From assembly GCA_048886185.1 (NCBI GenBank), contig JBHLKY010000012.1, positions 127,981-159,980 on the forward strand: a DNA stretch of 32,000 nt, written 5' to 3'. Both the position numbers and the translations under genes were made by a program. This document shows positions 26,898 to 32,000 of this stretch, in pieces. The notes below the pieces were generated by a model. The model made no database searches. It was not told the origin of the DNA and worked only from the letters and a program-made list of their open reading frames with translations. Source of the DNA: Candidatus Hermodarchaeota archaeon. Its GTDB lineage: Archaea; Asgardarchaeota; Heimdallarchaeia; Hodarchaeales; Hodarchaeaceae. The stretch's first letter is position 1. Each line of letters begins with the position of its first letter.

Positions 26898-28559
26898 ATG
26901 CATCAAAACTACCAGAAAAAACGAGTTTTGGTGATTGGTATAGATGGAGGAACATTTGATATTATTCATCCTCTATTTCAACAAGGGAAGCTATCAAACT
27001 TATTTAAAATATATAACCAAGGCTTTTCATCATCTCTTTTATCAACCATTCATCCTATATCCCCCACTGCATGGGGAAGCTTCACAACTGGGGTAAACCC
27101 TGGAAAACATGGACTTTATGACTTCTCAAAACGGAAACATGGTTCTTATGACCAACAAGCAACCACTTCTCGAGACATTCATATTCCACCACTCTGGCAT
27201 CTCCTTTCACAGAAGAATTTGAAGGTTTGTTTGGTTAATATCCCTGGAACTTATCCCCCTGAACCTCTGAATGGATTTTTAATAAGTGGTTTTCCGACAC
27301 CAGAGGAAAATAATGATTTTACTTATCCTCATTCATTGTTAAAAGAACTAAAGGATTTTATACCAAATTTTCATCTACAGCCGCGAGTAGTTACTCGGGA
27401 TGGCAATGAAGAAGCATTATTGAGAGATATTTGGAAGATCACCACGAATACAACAAATGCTACGCTATTTTTATCTGATAAAATAGCATGGGATCTTCTT
27501 ATTACAGTTTACACTGGAGCTGATGTCCTTGGACACCACTTTTGGAAGTTTACCGATCATAACCATCCAAATTATACTAAAGAATTAAATCAAATTTATG
27601 GCAACACAATCAATGATATTTATCAAAAGATTGATCAAGAAATTGGCGAATTAACAAAGATAGTTGATAACAATACCTATGTTATCGTTATGTCTGATCA
27701 TGGTTTTGGTGGAGCCTATAATGCTCTTGGTTTAAATAATTGGCTTTTAGAACATGGTTGGATGAAAGCTCGTGAAGGAATAACACATAGGTTAAAATAT
27801 TTTGGCTTTAGACGTGGGTTTACATTAACAAATGCTTTTCGGCAAACCAAGTTTCTTCGGACTCCAGATAACAGGAGGAAAATTTATGCAAAAAGATCTC
27901 TACTACGTAATTTAGTCCTCAAATTGTTTTTTTCATTCAATAACGTGGATTGGAGTCGTACGAAAGCCTACTGTGTTGGAAATTGCGGCCAAATATACCT
28001 TAACGTCAAAGGGCGTGAACCAAGAGGAATGATCTCACCAGAGGATCGATTAGCTGTTGCAAAACAATTACAATCAGAATTACTATTGATGAAAGATGAA
28101 GAGACTGGAGAGAGGATTTTTGATCAGGTTTATTTAAGAGAAGAGCTATATAATGGGCCCTTTGTTCAAGATGCTGCTGATCTTATCTGCTTCAATTCAG
28201 AGGCTAGATATCTTATCATTCGCTATCTTGAGTTTGGTGGCGGAAAATTATCATTCCCTCATCCAGTGTGGTCTGGTGCACATCGTTTAAATGGAATTTT
28301 CATACTTAATGGGCCAGGCGTTAAACCACAAAAATACACCAATGAATTAAGGATTTGGGATGTCTCGCCAACGGTTATGACTTTACTAGGAGTTCCAATT
28401 GCAGATTATATGGATGGAAAGGTAATTACAGAAGCATTTAGCTCAAATTTTATAGATAACAACTTAAATACGAGAATTTCTGGCTATTCCTTAGAAAAGA
28501 TTCAACTTAAAATTGCAATAAACCATTTTATACGAGATCAATGTATTTTAAGCAAGTGA
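26898..28559 (+). CDS. Alkaline-phosphatase-superfamily protein (type I phosphodiesterase/nucleotide pyrophosphatase-like)
   Basis: VLVIGIDGG, STIHPISPTAWGSFTTGVNPGKHG, DVLGHHFW, VMSDHGFG, SGAHRLNGI. Confidence 0.9.
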   Translation: MHQNYQKKRVLVIGIDGGTFDIIHPLFQQGKLSNLFKIYNQGFSSSLLSTIHPISPTAWGSFTTGVNPGKHGLYDFSKRKHGSYDQQATTSRDIHIPPLWHLLSQKNLKVCLVNIPGTYPPEPLNGFLISGFPTPEENNDFTYPHSLLKELKDFIPNFHLQPRVVTRDGNEEALLRDIWKITTNTTNATLFLSDKIAWDLLITVYTGADVLGHHFWKFTDHNHPNYTKELNQIYGNTINDIYQKIDQEIGELTKIVDNNTYVIVMSDHGFGGAYNALGLNNWLLEHGWMKAREGITHRLKYFGFRRGFTLTNAFRQTKFLRTPDNRRKIYAKRSLLRNLVLKLFFSFNNVDWSRTKAYCVGNCGQIYLNVKGREPRGMISPEDRLAVAKQLQSELLLMKDEETGERIFDQVYLREELYNGPFVQDAADLICFNSEARYLIIRYLEFGGGKLSFPHPVWSGAHRLNGIFILNGPGVKPQKYTNELRIWDVSPTVMTLLGVPIADYMDGKVITEAFSSNFIDNNLNTRISGYSLEKIQLKIAINHFIRDQCILSK

Positions 28560-28734
28560 ATTACCTACAGAATTAATGAAAAAAAGAGAAGATTCCTCTT
28601 TTATCCATTTAAGAAAATCTTAAATGAACCTAGAGGACTATTAATCTTTACTATGTCTCAAAACAAGAAGAGATAGCTTTTCAGGTTAAATGAGGATCAA
28701 AACTATATGAAAAGAAATTAATGGGTGGAAATCT

Positions 28735-29787
28735 ATGCCAATTAAAACTAATATTACTGAGATGCTAGGAATAGACCATCCTATTATCGCAGCACCAATG
28801 GCACCTTTTCATACCACGGAATTGACTGTTGCTGTTTCAGAAGCGGGGGGATTAGGAGTCTTATCACAAATTGGTCTTTTAGATGAAAATAAAAATCCTG
28901 TTGAAGAAATGAAGAAGAACATGAAATATGTTGTAGAACATACAAACAAACCTTTTGGATTCAACATCCGAACCTCGAGATTAGAACCATATGCTACCGA
29001 TTTATGCTCTGAAATACCAAAATTTATTTCAGAAAATCAACGAATTAAAGATCAATGTGTATATGCTTTAACAAGTGCAGGGTCAGCAAAAACTCTACCA
29101 AACTCTAAAAATTTTCAAAAATTAAAGAAAAAATCCCAGATAAAACATTTTCATGTTGCACCTGCATTATGGTTGGCTGAAAAAAGTATAGCAGCTGGAG
29201 TAGATGGATTAGTAATTACAGGAAATGAGGGAGGTGGTCATCAATCATATGAAAAGGTGAGTACGCTGGTTCTTCTCCAACAAATTCAACAAAAATATCC
29301 AGATATGCCTAGAGTTGCATGTGGAGGGTTTGCCACAGGTGAAGGATTAGCTGCAGCATTATCACTAGGAGCGGGCGCTATTGCTATGGGATCAAGATTC
29401 ATTGCTTCTAGGGAATGTGAATTCCATGAAACCTATAAAAGTGTCATTCCACCTGCTAAAGCCCAGGATACTGTACTAGTCACAGGAATTTTAGGCCCCA
29501 TTCGATTATGGAAGAACGAATATTCTCTACAAACTCATGCGGATCTAGTTGCTAATAAAAGAGAGAAATTGGCAAAGGAAGCGGAGATGAACACAGCAGC
29601 GTTAGCTAAAGCAGCCCGTGCATATGATATGGCTTACCAAGGGAATGTAAATGATGGTGCTGTTCTCCTTGGCCAGAGTATTGGTTTGATTGATAGGATT
29701 GAGAGCGTATCAGACATTATTGAAAGAATTGTAAAAGATGCCGAATTAGCTATTGGAAAGGCGATAAGTCGAATAGAGTATGTATGA
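28735..29787 (+). CDS. Nitronate monooxygenase / enoyl-ACP reductase II (FabK)-family flavoprotein
   Basis: LGIDHPIIAAPM, AVSEAGGLG, PFGFN, GNEGGGH, ACGGFATG...LGAGAIAMGSRF, GQSIGLI. Confidence 0.9.
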   Translation: MPIKTNITEMLGIDHPIIAAPMAPFHTTELTVAVSEAGGLGVLSQIGLLDENKNPVEEMKKNMKYVVEHTNKPFGFNIRTSRLEPYATDLCSEIPKFISENQRIKDQCVYALTSAGSAKTLPNSKNFQKLKKKSQIKHFHVAPALWLAEKSIAAGVDGLVITGNEGGGHQSYEKVSTLVLLQQIQQKYPDMPRVACGGFATGEGLAAALSLGAGAIAMGSRFIASRECEFHETYKSVIPPAKAQDTVLVTGILGPIRLWKNEYSLQTHADLVANKREKLAKEAEMNTAALAKAARAYDMAYQGNVNDGAVLLGQSIGLIDRIESVSDIIERIVKDAELAIGKAISRIEYV

Positions 29788-29830
29788 AAGAATTATCATA
29801 CTTTATTTTCTTGTTTCTAAGAAAAAATAT

Positions 29831-30232
29831 TTAAGTAATTGTTATTTCCAAAAATACCCTTTCATCAGGTTTTTTCCAGAATTTTAATTTCTGGAACATT
29901 TTAAAGGTGCTTAAAAGTATTTTATTGAATCCTCTATTAAATTTCAGATCCAGTGCTTCCTTAGCTTTCGACTCCTCTGATTCTGGTAAAATACGAACAG
30001 TAACATCCATATCATCACCAAGGATTTTTCCCCGTATTGTACAAGGAGCAATTTTAGCCTGTGAGTTCTGTTTGATGCGCTTCACTTTCCATGAATTTGC
30101 CCTTGTGTTCACATATAGTCTCTCATCTAGAGTAGCAAATTCTACAGGTGTGGCGACTCCTTTTCCACTCGGATAAAACGTGATGAGACTAATGTATTTG
30201 TATTTCGATAAATTTTCGTACTGGTTTGTCAT
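29831..30232 (-). CDS. PPOX-class (split beta-barrel) oxidoreductase, probably F420-dependent type
   Basis: YISLITF..SGKGVATPV, SWKVKRIKQN, APCTIRG match the PPOX/F420-binding family pattern. Confidence 0.8.
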   Translation of the reverse strand: MTNQYENLSKYKYISLITFYPSGKGVATPVEFATLDERLYVNTRANSWKVKRIKQNSQAKIAPCTIRGKILGDDMDVTVRILPESEESKAKEALDLKFNRGFNKILLSTFKMFQKLKFWKKPDERVFLEITIT

Positions 30233-30447
30233 TGAATATCCTCTAAATCAGTTGATTACGCATTAAATTACAATTAAAACCTATACATAATGATTCTTTG
30301 AATTTTCCTTTTACGAAAAAGATAATTTTAAGTTAGAAGTAATAAGTAATTTTATTAGAGGTTTATAAAAATATCAAACATAAACTTCGCTTAGATACAC
30401 TCCTCTGCGAAATCCAAAGAAATTAATTACATTTACGTGATATAATT

Positions 30448-32000
30448 ATGAACACAGCGAACTCTGACGATCATTCTCTTGATAAAGATTTTATTCGGAA
30501 AATTGTTTCAGATGATGTTAAAAACAACAAAAATAATAGTCGTGTACATACTCGTTTCCCCCCAGAACCAAATGGATGGTTACACATAGGCCACGCGAAA
30601 TCAATTCATCTTAACTTCAGTATCGCAGCTGAGTTCAATGGATTATGTAATCTACGATTTGACGATACAGATCCCGCCAAAGAAAGCATGGAATATGTAG
30701 AGGCTATTAAAAAAGATATTCAATGGCTTGGTTTTGATTGGGAAGACAGACTTTATTTTGCATCGGATTATTTTGAACAGTTATACCAATTGGCAATGGG
30801 ATTAATTAAAGCTGGAAAAGCATATGTATGTGATTTAAGTGTAAAAGAGATCAAGCATCAAAGAGGAACATCAGAAGAACCAGGAATGGAAAGTCCCTAT
30901 CGAAATCGATCAGTAGAAGAAAACATCAAGTTATTTGAGAGGATGCGCAATGGAGAGTTTGAGGATGGATCTCGGGTGCTACGGGCGAAAATTGACATGA
31001 CCTCTCCCAATATGCTTATGCGAGATCCAATAATGTACCGAATAAAGAGGGTACCACATTATAGAACTGGAAATGAGTGGGTGATTTATCCAAGCTATGA
31101 TTATACTCATGGTCAATCTGATGCAATCGAGGGAATTACTCATTCCCTCTGTTCGTTAGAATTTGAGACGCATAGACCCCTTTATAATTGGTACAGAGAC
31201 CAACTTCTGAAATTAAACTTGTTAAAATACTGTCCTGAACAAATTGAATTTTCTAGATTAAATTTAACTTACACTGTTATGAGTAAGCGACGGCTTCTAG
31301 AGCTGGTTGAACAAGGACATGTTTCTGGATGGGACGATCCCCGAATGCCAACTCTTGCAGGATTACGTAGACGTGGTTATCCAGCGGAAGGAATAAGAAA
31401 TTTCTTGGATAAAGTGGGAATTTCAAAGAGAGAAAATTATATTGATGTAGGTCTCTTAGAAGCATGTGTACGCGAAGTAATGGACAGAGAATGTAAACGA
31501 GTTATGGGAGTTCTCCATCCTCTGAAAGTTATAATTCAGAACTATCCCGAAAATAAGGTCGAAGAATTAGATTCGCCCAATCATCCCAAGGATCCCAGTA
31601 TGGGATCACGGAAAATACCATTCTCCCGAGTAATATACATTGAACACGAAGATTTTCTTGAAAAACCTTCAAAGAAATTTTATCGATTAACCCCAGAAAG
31701 AGAGATACGACTTCGATACGCGTATTATATCAAGTGTGTAAATGTAATTAAAGATGAGAATTCTGGAGAAATCCTGGAATTACACGCGACCTACGATCCG
31801 GAAACAAAGGGAGGGTATGCTCCAGACGGTCGAAAAGTCAAAGCGACTCTCCATTGGGTTTCAGCTGAACATGCAATAGCAGCAGAAGCACGCTTATACG
31901 ACCGACTTTTCAACAAGGAAAATCCAATGGAAAATGTAAAATTCACCCAAAATCTTAATCCAAAGTCACTAGAGAAGTTAACGTGTTTTGTAGAGCCAAG
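30448..32000 (+). CDS. glnS: Glutaminyl-tRNA synthetase, partial (runs off the right edge)
   Basis: Missing from the ORF track. Frame open for 517 codons from ATG 30448: [17 protein letters not shown] (HIGH), [56 protein letters not shown], plus beta-barrel anticodon-domain motifs YRLTP...RLRYAY and TLHWVS. Confidence 0.93.
   Translation, partial: MNTANSDDHSLDKDFIRKIVSDDVKNNKNNSRVHTRFPPEPNGWLHIGHAKSIHLNFSIAAEFNGLCNLRFDDTDPAKESMEYVEAIKKDIQWLGFDWEDRLYFASDYFEQLYQLAMGLIKAGKAYVCDLSVKEIKHQRGTSEEPGMESPYRNRSVEENIKLFERMRNGEFEDGSRVLRAKIDMTSPNMLMRDPIMYRIKRVPHYRTGNEWVIYPSYDYTHGQSDAIEGITHSLCSLEFETHRPLYNWYRDQLLKLNLLKYCPEQIEFSRLNLTYTVMSKRRLLELVEQGHVSGWDDPRMPTLAGLRRRGYPAEGIRNFLDKVGISKRENYIDVGLLEACVREVMDRECKRVMGVLHPLKVIIQNYPENKVEELDSPNHPKDPSMGSRKIPFSRVIYIEHEDFLEKPSKKFYRLTPEREIRLRYAYYIKCVNVIKDENSGEILELHATYDPETKGGYAPDGRKVKATLHWVSAEHAIAAEARLYDRLFNKENPMENVKFTQNLNPKSLEKLTCFVEP

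Noticed and set aside
22209-31465. Short ORFs 22209-22430, 23907-24092, 24874-25101, 26010-26237, 29907-30176 and 31277-31465
   Set aside because: Antisense to confidently assigned genes, including glnS, which the ORF track omits.
1-32000. CRISPR arrays, tRNA/rRNA genes, transposases or integrases
   Set aside because: No repeat-spacer periodicity, cloverleaf or rRNA signatures, or recombinase motifs seen; intergenic gaps are short or explained by pseudogene relics.

Overview
AT-rich window from what is most likely an Asgard archaeon (Heimdallarchaeia/Hodarchaeales-like). This is inferred from an HMf-type histone with a Lys-rich N-terminal tail, several Rab-like GTPases, a longin-like domain and GGTGA ribosome-binding motifs. 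Left part: a partial ABC-2 exporter and two divergently oriented LolD/FtsX (MacB-type) ABC systems. Between them lies a same-strand run of ArsR-wHTH/zinc-finger regulator, metallophosphoesterase, Eis-type acetyltransferase and tailed histone. Middle part: a 2192-aa single-pass surface protein (DUF2341, LamG, BNR repeats, about 9 Ig-like repeats, TM helix, cytoplasmic longin-like domain) among three paralogous Rab-like GTPase loci. One of these is an unannotated pseudogene, and there is also an unannotated decayed copy of the 3' end of the neighbouring permease. Right part: metabolic genes (saccharopine-dehydrogenase-like enzyme with an HTH_10 regulator, EamA transporter, RHH protein plus AlkP-family phosphodiesterase, NMO/FabK, PPOX-class protein) and a bacterial-like glutaminyl-tRNA synthetase running off the right edge, which is unexpected in an archaeon. 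No rRNA, tRNA, CRISPR array or mobile element was recognised. All family assignments come from reading motifs by eye; no database searches were run.
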